Below are positions 1-26,016 of a DNA stretch of 64,000 bases, piece by piece (the first letter of the stretch is position 1; each line of letters starts with the position of its first letter). The translations under genes were made by a program, and so were the position numbers. The notes under the pieces were generated by a model. It ran no database searches. It was not told the origin of the DNA and worked only from the letters and a program-made list of their open reading frames with translations. Location of the stretch: NCBI RefSeq assembly GCF_009914755.1, contig NC_060928.1; one strand, written 5' to 3'. Origin of the DNA: the human T2T-CHM13v2.0 reference genome, Homo sapiens.

Positions 1-844
1 TGGATATTTTATTTCCTTAAGAAAATCATCAACTCAATAAACATTTACTGAGTGCCAACTACCTCAAGGAATTATAGTATCTGCTATGGAAGCTGTAAAG
101 CTATGTGCCCTCAGGGAACTACACATGTTGAAATAGCCTAAATGGCACTTTGTTAGTCTCATTATATTGACAAGCAAATTATTAAAAGTAGGAAATATAT
201 ATTCATGAAGAAGTGGACCAGCACTTTGTCTTTGACAGGGCAAATCCTTTTCTAGGTACAAGAAGAATTAACTAAATACATTTAAATAATCATTAAATAT
301 CCAATTACTTTATATATAAACACAAAGATAAACCAAAGTTCATGGATATAGTACATTGAAACTGTATTTGTCAAGTTAGTTAATTATGCTTTAACACATG
401 GTTTCAGAAAATCATTATATTATGCTCTTGCCCTTGTTGGCAATTTGACACTTTTAACATGTTATTAACAAAAATCCAAACATACTATACAGCCCTATTC
501 TGCTTTATATTATGAAAAGTTCATCTTTCCACATCACTACATATTCATCCATCTCCACAGAAATAGATAACTACAGTAAAGAACAACCTAGTGGACCATT
601 GTGTGCACAGTCTATAATTCAATAAACCCCATTTTGAAGATCACAAACATTTTTAACTAAACATCATGTGCTTTATTTTGTAGCACCTGTGAGATCAACC
701 TACACATTTCCTCTAATCATACTAGGTTTACTGAGAAGGAACACAACTCTTAGGAAGAAAAACTCCACACTCATTAACATTTTTCTGTATCCCGAGGGCA
801 CGATCAGTCAAGAACCAGGACAAAATTTAATAACCATTCTCTAA

Positions 845-1301
<457 letters not shown>

Positions 1302-2408
1302 TAGTCATGACTCACAATATCTGAATCTCAGCTCTTACTTTGCATAGTTGCTTTGCTTTTTATCAATTTTAATCACTTCTAGACTTACATTGTGATTTGC
1401 ATAGATTTTTCTCTCTTTTACCTGTAAAACTGAGACAATAATTATATACCTGACAGCATGAAGATAGTGTCATGCTGGAATATTAGATACTTTATTTAAA
1501 TAAAGATTTTCCTTTATGCATTTAGTCAATACACTTTTATGGAGTGCCTTCCATGTGCCCAGATACCAGGGCAAACCCAGGGGAACAAGACAGACAAAAA
1601 TCTGTCATGGGATTTATAGTACAAGAGAACTATTAGTTAACAATATATGAGAGGACAATGATAATAACTTGATGACAAAAGTTACTTTGCTTAATCATGT
1701 AAAGTAGAAAAAGAAGTTATCTTTCAATTAAATTTGTATGGTTTTAATTTTTTACTATAGAAATAAAGTACACAGTTTTTCTTTTTTTTTTAAAAGTCAA
1801 GTAACACAGGGAGTTGTAAAATAAAAGCCAAGTCTCCTTCTCTTTCCTAATGAACTCTCTTCCACTTCAGATTTTTATGCATATTCACGTATCAATAAAT
1901 GCATATACTTTCTAAAAATCATATTTTAAAAACTATCGTGCATCTTGGTGTTTTTCACTTTACAATGATGTATCTTTGAGATCTTTGCACATTAACACAT
2001 GAGACGTTGGTGTTTCTAACAGTTACAGAGAATGCAAAGTCACCCTGCAAAAGGATTCCAAAATGTACAAAAATTCACACTTTCAACAGCACATTTCTCT
2101 CTAACACTCAGATGACTGCTCAAAAATTTTAACCTCTCACAATCTAAAAGATGAAAGTGTATCTCATTGCTATTTTATTTTTTCCGTTATGAGTATATTT
2201 AGGCATTTTTTCACATGTCTACTGAAAGAAATGGCTAAAAAAAGTTTCCTTTCCTGTGAACTTTCTATTCATGTCGTTATTATTGAGCTATATTTTTCTT
2301 ATGGATTGGTACGACCTCTTTTAACATTAGGAAAAGTGGCACCTAAAGAAAAACACTTAAACATCAAAGTTTTCTAAAAAACAACACATGAGGGTTTGCT
2401 TACAACTT

Positions 2409-2441
<33 letters not shown>

Positions 2442-2449
2442 CACAAACA
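2409..2449. repeat. (CA)n microsatellite
   Basis: Interrupted CA run seen directly. Confidence 0.95.
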
Positions 2450-3647
2450 CTATTGGATGTCTTTTTAACAGTGTATCTTGGAGATCTTTCCATGACAGTG
2501 TTGCTCCTGACACCCTGTCTCCCTTGACAAAGAAGCTCCTTACAGGTAGAGCATTTTCACTGGCCCTCTCCTTGGCCTTGAATTTCAAAACTGGCATAGA
2601 TCACTCTCACTATTTTATAGCCTTTGCTCAATATTGTTTTCCTGAACATCCCTGCAAAATTATATCTTCCTTCCACTGGCCCACCCACCCCTGACTTCCT
2701 GTGTTGCTTTACTCATTAGCAGGAATCGCTATCAGACATGCTATGTATATACAAACTATAATAATATATTACTTATTGGTCTATGGTCTATCTCTTGTTA
2801 CTGAAATGAAGTCAGGGATTAAAAACAGTATCAGTAAATAATTTGCATAGGCGTGCTAGTTTACAAGCTTCCATCAACACCAGTCTCATGGTGGTTAAGC
2901 TTCAGATATTTTTGATTTACTGAAATTATCCTCTCTAGGCTATTGTAACAATTAAATACTAAAAATATGCATGTTGCCCATATGTTGTTGCAATGTGCAC
3001 TTTTGAAATACATTGTTTTCTATAGAAAGTTTAATTACAAAGGGAAATTAATAAATTCCTTCATGTGAAACACTGACTATATTCCACAGTGAAGATAAGG
3101 ATAAGAGATATGATCATGCAACAAATAAAAGGGTTGGGAAACAGCTAAACAGAGAGAAGGAATGCAAGCATCTCACACACTGACTGACTCCTTTATGGTT
3201 TTAATTGTTGCTTTTCTATTCAGTGGAGTCTTGCACCTTATTGGTTTCTCCAACAGAGTAGATCAGTACTAAAGAATAAATAGAATTCAAGTCATTATCC
3301 AGTACAATTAGCAATGGATGCTGCTATATGAAAGAATGCTATCTATTCCCTCTTGTAATGGTGGTAGAGAGGTATAATATACAACCATTACAGAAGACAG
3401 TATCTAGCAACATTTCCAGTGCAATGTAATCCAAGTAATAAAAGACTGGAAAAAAACACAAACGCCTATGTAATGGATTATATACAGCCTGAACAATATA
3501 GAATGCAGAAGCTCGTAGTTTACTCAAATGAAATATGTCTGTGTATGTATAAAATATCTTCAAGATGCACTGTTAAGTCCATAGAGTAAGATACAAAATG
3601 CTATGTATTATATACTAGCATTTGTGTTCTTAAAGGAAAAAAATATA

Positions 3648-4272
3648 TAGTCAATCCTCATTCACTGATTCTGTATTTGCAAATTCTCCTACTTATGAAA
3701 ATTTAACCCCAACTCTATACTGATGGCACTTTCATGGTCATTTTCAAACATGCACAGAGGGATGAAAAATTGGAGTTGCCTGACCTGCACATCCCCAGCT
3801 GAGGTGGAGCAAGGTGACACACTGCCTCCTGTTCAGCTCTCATACTGCAAAATAGGTGTCTCTTTTGCAGTCTTATTTAGTTCCATGTCTTTCCAATTTT
3901 TGTGCTTTGTGTTGGCAATTTCACGGTTTAAAATGGCTCCCAAGCTTACTGCTATCTCATGTTCCTAAGAACGAGAAGGCTTCAACAGGTCTTACAGAGA
4001 AACTACGTATGTTAGATAAGCTTCATTCAGGCATGAGTTAGTGCTGTTGGCTGTGAGTTCCATGTTAAGGAATCAACAATATATGTTAAATAAGGTATTT
4101 TAAGCAGAAACACACACAAAACTAGGTTATGTGTTGATCAGAAATATTGTAACCAAAAGCTCTCAGGAAACTAACGCTGTATTTCCCTAAGTGCAAGGGT
4201 TCCATATTCACAAGTTCAGTGTTTGCGGTGACTTTACAGAACATATCTACCTGGAATAATGAGAATCTCATT
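3648..4272 (+). mobile_element. MER82-like TcMar-Tigger non-autonomous DNA transposon
   Basis: Matches recalled MER82 consensus (...cccagctgaggt...gttagataagcttcattcaggcatgagtt...gaataatgagaat). Homologous to the second copy at 12656-14815. Confidence 0.7.
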
Positions 4273-4660
4273 ATTTGTAATTGCTTTTGTGCACACAAAA
4301 CATCTCTGAAGAGCACACTGGCTATCCGCAGGGAGGAGAATTGTGTGGTTGGGGAAAGGGATGTAGTCCTTTATATAAAATACTTTTTCACTGCATACCC
4401 TTGTGGAACATTTTAAATTTTATACCATGCCTAGTTTATAATTGTTTTAATCTAAAGTTAAAAAATAAACTAAAAGAATGCTAACAGTAGAAAACTGAGC
4501 AAATGATTGAAAGATTACCCATAGTAAAATTAATTATAAAGGTAACAGACAACCAAAATTTTTTCTTAATTTTAGTCAGACTCAGTAAAACTTTAATGTA
4601 GTGATTTCAAGAGGCTGTGCTGAACCATTTTGCTGAATATAGACATCTTGTGGGTTGTGG

Positions 4661-4957
4661 GTTTATTTTATTTTTTGAGACAGGGTCTCAATGTGTTGCC
4701 CAGGCTGGAGTGCAGTGGCGCAATCACAGCTCACTGTAGCCTTGAGCTCTTCAGGCTCAGGTGATCCTCCCACCTCAGCCTTCTGAGTTGTTGAGACTAC
4801 AGGCACATGCCACTATGCCTAATTTTTTTTCTATTTTTTGGATACAGGGTTTTGCTATGTTGCCCAAGCTAGTCTCCAACTCCTAGGCTCATGCAATCCA
4901 CCCACCTCAGCCTCCCAAAGTGCTGGGATTACAGGTGTGAACAACTGTGCCAGGCCT
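4661..4957 (-). mobile_element. AluJ
   Basis: Diverged Alu consensus in reverse with J-type motifs. Confidence 0.85.
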
Positions 4958-5084
4958 GAATATATAGATATTTTGGATGACTGTTTTCCCCAGAAAATTA
5001 AAGTTGCCATTTTCCTCCTGCCTCCCTACAGGAGGTTAATGAATGTGCTGAAGTACGCCAAATTTTAAGGTACCCAAATGTGAT

Positions 5085-6615
5085 ATGCAACATAATAAAT
5101 TCCACTGTTTACTGAGCTTCTACTACATACTAGTTAATAGACATTATTTAATTAGATTTTCACAACTCTGCAAAGCAGTTATTGGGACACTCATTGATGA
5201 AGAGAAAACTGAGTCTTCAGGAGTGAACAATTTACTTGAGGTCACCCAGACAGTCAGTGGTGCAGCTGGGGTTTGAACTAAATGGTCTGTGTCCAAGACT
5301 ATGTAGGGGAAAATCAGTCCCTGTGAATGAAGAAAGACCCAATCATTTAGATAAAAATAGTACAGAATCACACTGAGAATATATGAACTCCAAACTACAA
5401 TTCAAATGTGCAATCAATATCTGAGGTATTCAGACACAAAACAGAAAGCAGAAGCCTACTTGGGTGCGAAGCCATACACAGTTCACCTGAGGGGGCTTTG
5501 TATTTGTTGTGTCCTATCTGGATCTCTCTTCTCCTAGATGGGCCCAGGGCTAACATGGTCTTCTCATTTGCTACTAGGTCAGATGCCAATCCTTTAGTAA
5601 GGCTTTCCCTGACCCCCTAGCTAAAACAGCTCCCTCTGGCCCCAAGTCACCTCCTATCACACTATTTTCTTTATAGCAGTTAGCAACATCTAATGTTATT
5701 TTGTCTATATACTTGTTTACATGTTTAGTGTTTGTGTCCTAGTGGTATGAACGGTCTCTGAGAACAGCGGCCTTGTGCCTGGAACAGAGTCTGGCAAATA
5801 CAGGCTCCTCAATAAATATTCATCAAACTGAGTCACTGAAATTTAACAGTTATGGACTGACCGCATAGTGTAGCAGACTGGGATGAAGGCCAAGTCTTAT
5901 CATCAATGAGTATAAAATGCTAGAAGGGTGATATACAAGTCACAACTGACTTTAATATGAGAAAATCTACCACTGCCAAATGAAAAGCAAAAATGGAAGA
6001 GTTTAAGATTAAAAGTTCAAAACCTTAAAAGGTTGTATGAAGGTGGCAGCACTGAGTTGGGCTTTCTAAGTTTCAGAAATAGAGAAAGAAGAGAGATATT
6101 CCAGTGGTTTAATTTGCCAGGGTCATAAGATACTTACAGAGCAATGGGAGAACTAACTGTAAGATCGAATGGTGAGTTAAGGTCAAGGAATCTTCCTTAT
6201 CAGGTGGGTAAATCTGAGTCATAGTGACAGGCAATTTGGGAGCAATGAAAAGTTCTTAGCCCTGGTTGTGACATGACATTTCTGAATGTGTAATGAGAAG
6301 TTCAAAAATGTTGGCTAGGAATTCATTACTCAGTTGAAAGCAAAATAATACTAAAATATCTGCTGAGAGTCATGCCAGTAAAAGCTACTTTTCATGGAGA
6401 GCCTAGAAAGTGCTGGACATTTTGTAAGCCATTGACACACCTTAACTAGTTTAATTATTACTACAGCCTAATTTGATTATCTCAATTTCACACTTAGAAA
6501 TGGGGGCCTAGGGAGGTTAATGAATGTGCTCAAGTTCACCAAGTCATTAAGTAGCAAAGGCAGAATTGAAACTGTGTCTGAATCCACAGGTCCCAGAGTT
6601 TGATACACTGCTGCC
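5085..6615. mobile_element. Old MIR (~5085-5300, ~6440-6615) and L2 (~5590-5830) fragments
   Basis: MIR core-like aaaactgag...acttgaggtcacccag and L2 3'-like gtgcctggaacagag...caataaatatt motifs. Confidence 0.5.
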
Positions 6616-6796
6616 CTGATGACAAGTTAAGGTGAGGGAAGATGAAGCCAAGGCCACCCTAGGAAAGGAAAAAGTAAAACGGTTTGTATAGCATGAGTAT
6701 TCTGAGCTAGGCACTAAGGAAACACTTTGACCTAACTCAGCTTTCATAAGTCTGCCACAAGATGCCATGAACATTTGTCACAAGAAAGCAAGCACA

Positions 6797-7315
6797 GCCG
6801 GGTGAGGTGGCTCATGCCTGTAATCCCAGCACTTTGGGAAGCCAAGGCAGAAACAAGCTGAGGCAACGTGGCGAAAGCCCATCTCTACAAAAAATAGAAA
6901 AATTAGCCCGGTGTGGTGGCATGCACCTGTAGTCCCAGCTACTCAGGAGGATGAGGTGGGAGGACCGCTTGAGCCCAGGGAGGTCAAGGCTACAATGAGC
7001 CATGATCATGCCACTGCACTCCAGCCTGGGTGAAAGTGGGACCCTGTCTCAAAAAAAAAGAAAAAAAGAAAAAAAAAAAAACACTCAGGTTGGAAGGCAG
7101 GTGGGTTGGTAGGCTGCTCATTTATTTCTGATGAAAGAATTTCTTGTTTTGGGGAATTTCTTTTTTTTGAGACAGAGTCTCACTCTGTTGCCCAGGTTGG
7201 AGTGCAGTAGCACAATCACAGCTCACTACAACCTCTGCCCCCCAGGCTCAAGCAATCCTCCCACCTCAACCTCTCGAGGAGCTGGGACTACACGTGCACC
7301 CCACCACACCCAACT
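6797..7315. mobile_element. AluJ (+, 6797-7080, internal deletion) and partial Alu arm (-, 7160-7315)
   Basis: Alu consensus segments. Confidence 0.85.
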
Positions 7316-8643
7316 AAGAAAGGATTTCCTGAATGTAATGTGGTATGTGGCCTTTCTGTGCATTTAGTCTTTATCATGCCACCCAAATTGTGGTAAACAT
7401 ATAAGCTTGTAGAGCAGGTTTGATCTCTATTCTTCAAAAAGAGGACTGGTTTCTGACTAGCTGGACTAGCAAAACAGACCATTTGCTAGATATCTACAAA
7501 CTATAAGCAACCCTCTCCATTATCCTCTCACAGAAAACAATACCAGGGCACCTGTTTAGTGGAACCATGTGCTATTGCCATTCATAGGCCAAAATAGTTA
7601 AGTATTGACAATTTACAGGAGGCCCTTCCACCATTATGTTCCTGATTTTGTGGTTCCTTCCTGTCTAGCAGACCTACTCCAACTCCTTAGCCTGGCTTCC
7701 AAGCTTCCAATCGACCCTCACAACCCAACTTTATTCCTCAAACCCCACATAAACCTTAGTCAGGCCAGGCTGATTCTCCTCTCAGCTACTGCTGCTCATC
7801 AAATCCTCCATTTTAATAGCACTGCAAGAAACAGGAGGGATGAGCTCAGGTTGTCTAGCTCAGAGACACAGCAGCCTGCACTTCAGCTTTGTTCTCTGTA
7901 GCACATGTGGCTGTGGTAGGCAGGAAGTAGCATGGTCTCAGGAGCTGGGCGGTTCTAATCTCATCTGAATCACACACAGAGATGAGTTAATCACTTCTTT
8001 GAGAGTCAGCTTCCTCAACTATAAAATAACAATTATGATGCATTCCTGTCAGAACTAACAGGAGGATTTTTGTAATAAAGTATGTGGAGCTGGCCAGGTA
8101 ACACCTGCCTTGCAAAACCAAACATTTACCCATGCATTGGAGTGAACCCAAGGCTAATTCCCCAAGGACAATCCTATATCCTCTGCCAGAAGAGTTTAGC
8201 ACATCTGGGAAGTGGGAAAAGAGGGTGGTCTTTTCCACGTAAGAAAACCAGTTAGGCTTCTCTACATCCCTAACAAATTATCAACCCACGATCCTGCTTT
8301 CAATACATCTGCCTCCTCTGTCAGTGACAGAGCCTCAGCACTCCTGGGACAGCTTATCAACAAAAGCCCAGCTCAGAGCTGATCTGGAGGAAAGATACTG
8401 TCAGCCTTCCCCTGGGTACTATAAATCCCAGCCTGCTATCAAGTGAGATCCTAGAGAAGTTGCTCAAGGCACATTCATTTTGCCCCTGGACTGCAGTGTT
8501 CTTTGACATTATATCCCTGATTTTCCTTCAAATGTTGTTGTCTTTGGGCTAGGACCTTGGTTTGTTCTTAACTTACTTGAGCAATAATGAGACATCACCT
8601 TTCTTTTCAGATAACAAGAATTCTCTTAAATTCTTGTGTTTCA

Positions 8644-8989
<346 letters not shown>

Positions 8990-9844
8990 TTAATCTCAGC
9001 ATGGTCAGCCCTCATGGTTAGCATATAAGACATCATGAGTATTCTGGTGCTACCACCATGAAAGGAAACTCCGTCTTCCTTTTTCATCAACCCAACTATT
9101 AGCTCTCAAAGTCCCTGCCTTTTGCTGGAGTGTTTCTAAATTTCTTAGCACATAGTGATTTTCTATACTATAGTTACTATAATACTATATTCCAGCACTG
9201 GAATATTTGTTCTTTTTCTGTAGCATTCTACTGTATTTTGCATGTACATCTGCCTTCCTAAACAGACTGTGATCCAAATAAGTTGAAATATATACAGAGG
9301 GTCTGTCTGTCTGCCAATGCTAGGACATTGCCTTCTATTTCTTTGTCTTCTCACCTGTCTCCTGCATGTCAGGCACACTCTCATCATTTAGTAATCACCA
9401 GCTGACTTGACCCAAGAAGACCAAACAGTCTGAATGCACACAGTAGCTGAAGATCACAGGGTTTCAGTATCTCTCCACTGGCAAAAATATTAGGTGCATT
9501 GAGACACACTTCTGGTTCTCAGGAATAAAAACTTTATCCCATCTTCAAAATGTAATCGCTATTAGAGTATTTTTACATGCACAGTAAAAGGACTTGTGTT
9601 TTAGTACATACAGCGTTAAGTACTTAACCTTATACTAACTGTAAATATGTCTCTCTCTGTGTGTGTTTACAAATTGGCCTTGTTATTATACATGCTGTTT
9701 CATAAGCAGAGTTTTCTGCAACATGTGGTATACATTTTTTTTGTCAAGATATATTCTTCTATAATATAGTTTTAATGGTTACATAAGAGTTACTAAAGGA
9801 TGTTTTTTTGGTTGCAGAGAGGGGAGTGAAGGGGGAACATTATA

Positions 9845-12416
<2,572 letters not shown>

Positions 12417-12655
12417 TATATTTTGTTTTCTATATTTATTAGATTTATAAATTTTTTAAATCTCCAGCCTTAAGAACATGCTTTATGATTTAAATTTGAA
12501 AAGACAAGTTCTCTATATGAAAATAAAGTTCCCTTATCAGCATTTTGTGATATATTTACTGCTAAGTATAGGTTGTGTGCTGCCATTATAAATTTGAATT
12601 ATGCAAAAAACAAGATAAAGGCTTGAACTTTGCATGTTACTTCTAGAACAGAATA

Positions 12656-14815
<2,160 letters not shown>

Positions 14816-15758
14816 GACCTCCTGCAAAGTACAAGGATTAGAGGTAGATAGTACTAATCCATCCCAGGTACATGGATTAGGCACTGAGAAAGAAGAGCCT
14901 TCTAGGATAGCATCCACACTTGACACTGGTTGCTTAGTTAAGTGAATACCCTTCTTCTTAAGAAACGTCTTTTTGAGATCTGATTTTACTTAGTTTAAAA
15001 TATATGCTTACAAAAATAAATAACTGCATTAGCCCAAAGTACTTAAAAATTCTTGCTGATGTTTTTTACTGTAAACTCTGCTAAGAGCTTTTAAGTCTTG
15101 TTACAGTGAAACAATGGACATATACCCCTGGAATATGGAGACTTTTCATTGAGTGTCACATGCAGGGGAAAAAGGAAAACCAACAATACTCCCTGGACCT
15201 CCCAAACCTTCTTGTCTTCAAGTCCTAAGCACAACAAAGAATGCAAAAGGAGAGACACACTGCATATGCCTATGTGGATTCTCATATGCTTATGTTCCAG
15301 TGACACCTTCCCATTTGTCTTGTGCTAAGTAAACCCACAGGTTTGTGTAATAAAGACAAAAAGCATGCCATTTATTGCCATAATAGTGTACTATTTCATC
15401 CACTGACTTGATCTGCCTATCTGTGTATTCAAATAGCACCTATGACCTGCTTCTCCGCCCAGACAGAACAAATTATTGGGTGTGACTTAGTCAAGCATGA
15501 GAACAAACAGAGAGAAATATGAACTCAGGCTGTCAAGGCACAGAAGTAGGCAGTAATGGGAAGCAGGTGAGATGTGATCCCAGCAGACCAATGTGTTCTC
15601 TGAGTGCTAGTCCCAGGATGGCAATAACTGTTCCAAGTTCTGTTTATGTCACTAGTGATACCCACAACCAGCCATTCTCATCCTAGAACATCCAGGTCTC
15701 ATACATTCTGAAAGATTCAGACTATCATCTAAAATTGTATTAGACCTGATAAGAATGG

Positions 15759-15967
15759 TTTCCTTTACCTGATATTCTAGTTCTGCAAAAGGCCACCTTT
15801 ACTTTGCCCTGTTATTAAACAGTCCATGTCACTCAGCCTATGGCTGCATTTTGCCAAAATTTCCTCAACTGTAAAAAATTCCTTGATCAGGTCAAGTGAC
15901 ATGGACTGTTTAATAACAGGGCAAAGTAAAGGTGGCCTTTTGCAGAACTAGAAATCAGGTAAAGGAA

Positions 15968-15968
<1 letters not shown>
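15759..15968. repeat. Near-perfect 74/75-bp inverted repeat, 61-bp spacer
   Basis: 15895-15968 equals the reverse complement of 15759-15833 apart from one 1-nt indel. Confidence 0.95.
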
Positions 15969-15998
<30 letters not shown>

Positions 15999-16064
15999 TC
16001 CTCGATCAACTGATTGGTCCTACTGCTAGATGCTCTGGCAAGAAATAAGATAAAATAGCATTAC

Positions 16065-16305
16065 CTTGGGAGCTAAATGATAAGAACTTATGAATACAAA
16101 GAAACAACAATGAGGTCTACTTGATGGAGGAGGTTGGGAGGAGGGAGAGGAGCAGAAAAGATCACTTTTGGGTACTAGGCTTAATACCTGGGTGATGAAA
16201 TAATATGTACAACAAATCCCCATGACACATGTTTACCTATGTAACAAACCTTCACATGTACCCTCAAGCCTAAAATAAAAGTTAAAAAAATAAAAATATA
16301 AAAAA
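16065..16305 (+). mobile_element. L1 3' end fragment (older L1PA/L1PB type)
   Basis: gggtactaggcttaatacctgggtgatgaaataat...catgacacatgtttacctatgtaacaaacc...aataaaagtt followed by an A-rich tail. Confidence 0.85.
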
Positions 16306-16443
16306 GCAAGATAAATATTCGTTGGATAGAAAAAATAGCATGACTTTCAATGTAAATTTTAAAAAAGATTAACCCACAAAAATTAGAAATTTAAAAACTT
16401 TTTTTAAAAAGAAAGAAAAAGATTTTAAAATATCAGGATGTAA

Positions 16444-17682
<1,239 letters not shown>

Positions 17683-18304
17683 GACATAAATATAATGTTC
17701 TCACCTATAAAATGGAGATGAAAAATCCTATTTTATAGGGTTGAAGGAGACTATGAGATAAAGTAAATGTAGTGTGTAAAATTTTAAATACTGACATATG
17801 TAAGTAACATCAATGATAACAACATAACTAAAACATATACAGCATCAGTGAAAGCTTTACATATATTAACTCATTTAATCAATATAACAACTCTTATCAG
17901 GTTAGTTTATTATTATTAAACTATGCTTTATAGAAGACTTTTACCCTCTCCAAGGTTACAAAGCTGAACAAGGATCAGAACTCAGGCAGTCTAGCCCTAG
18001 AGTTACATTACATCTATCATCCCTCTTTATGATGTTACTATCATATGATCCAACAGAGACAGTAACAGCAAATAAAGTCTAAGTCATGCCTTCATAGGAA
18101 GGGTAAGTGAGATCTTTATTATGTGCTGAGTAACTGATGATGAATGATAGATTCCAGTATCAATGGTCACAGAGCTTTCTCAATGTGGGGTCATGTTTTA
18201 GGATCTCATGTCATGTAATGTGTAAAACTATTCTTTCTTAATCATTTGTACTTGTTTAAATCATTATTCTTCCACTTCCATTAGGAAGTTTGTATCTAGA
18301 GCTC

Positions 18305-18352
18305 TCCTCATTGGCATAGTGGTGAGTTAAAAAAAAAAAAAAGAACAAGAAA
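18305..18352 (+). pseudogene. Retroposed 5' fragment (23 nt) of tRNA-Asp(GTC) with poly(A) tail
   Basis: TCCTCATTGGCATAGTGGTGAGT versus recalled tRNA-Asp-GTC 5' end TCCTCGTTAGTATAGTGGTGAGT (20/23). Followed by A14 and flanked by the 14-bp direct repeat GTATCTAGAGCTCT. Confidence 0.7.
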
Positions 18353-18400
18353 GTATCTAGAGCTCTATCTTCAGAGATTAAAGAGTAATTTACTCAATAG

Positions 18401-21140
<2,740 letters not shown>

Positions 21141-21516
21141 TAAAGATGGATAAAAAGTTTTGAAAGACTTACACCAAAATGTTAGTGTATATCTCAGGGT
21201 GACATTTGTTTTCTTCTTTTCACTTGTGTTTCTTAAATTTTCTACAATGTATTAAAGTTACCTGCTCCAAGCCTATCCACAAGAAGCAGAAAACTACAAC
21301 TGATAATGTTTATGCTTTTACAAGTGTCTCTGCAACAGTATGTATTTTTTTATTTATCAAGATGAATCCTAGTAGTTCTCTACGTTAGGTAAAATCTTTA
21401 AAAAAAAAAAGATTATATGTATACCTTCATAATTCTAGGCCTCCAGATACATACAATTTAATTGACGAGACAAATAAAATACATGTATGTAAACTTCAGA
21501 AAATAGGGCAAAAATA

Positions 21517-25864
<4,348 letters not shown>

Positions 25865-26016
25865 AAGATAAATAATAACCATTGTTTTACCACCTTTACA
25901 GATCTATTTTTTTTTTACCTCTTTAGTATGTTTTTCTTCCAGGTTTTTTTCTTCTTGTGCATACAATTCCACCCTTCCTTCTACTTTAGAGAAGTCTTTT
26001 TTTAAAAGTCATCTCA

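Noticed and set aside
2189-2377. ORF containing KKSFL, resembling the start of the next ELOVL6 exon
   Set aside because: Wrong strand, the flanking residues do not match ELOVL6, and it lies in decayed L1-like sequence.
15759-15968. Calling the inverted repeat a microRNA gene
   Set aside because: The 61-nt loop is too large for a canonical pre-miRNA and there is no expression evidence; reported only as a structure.
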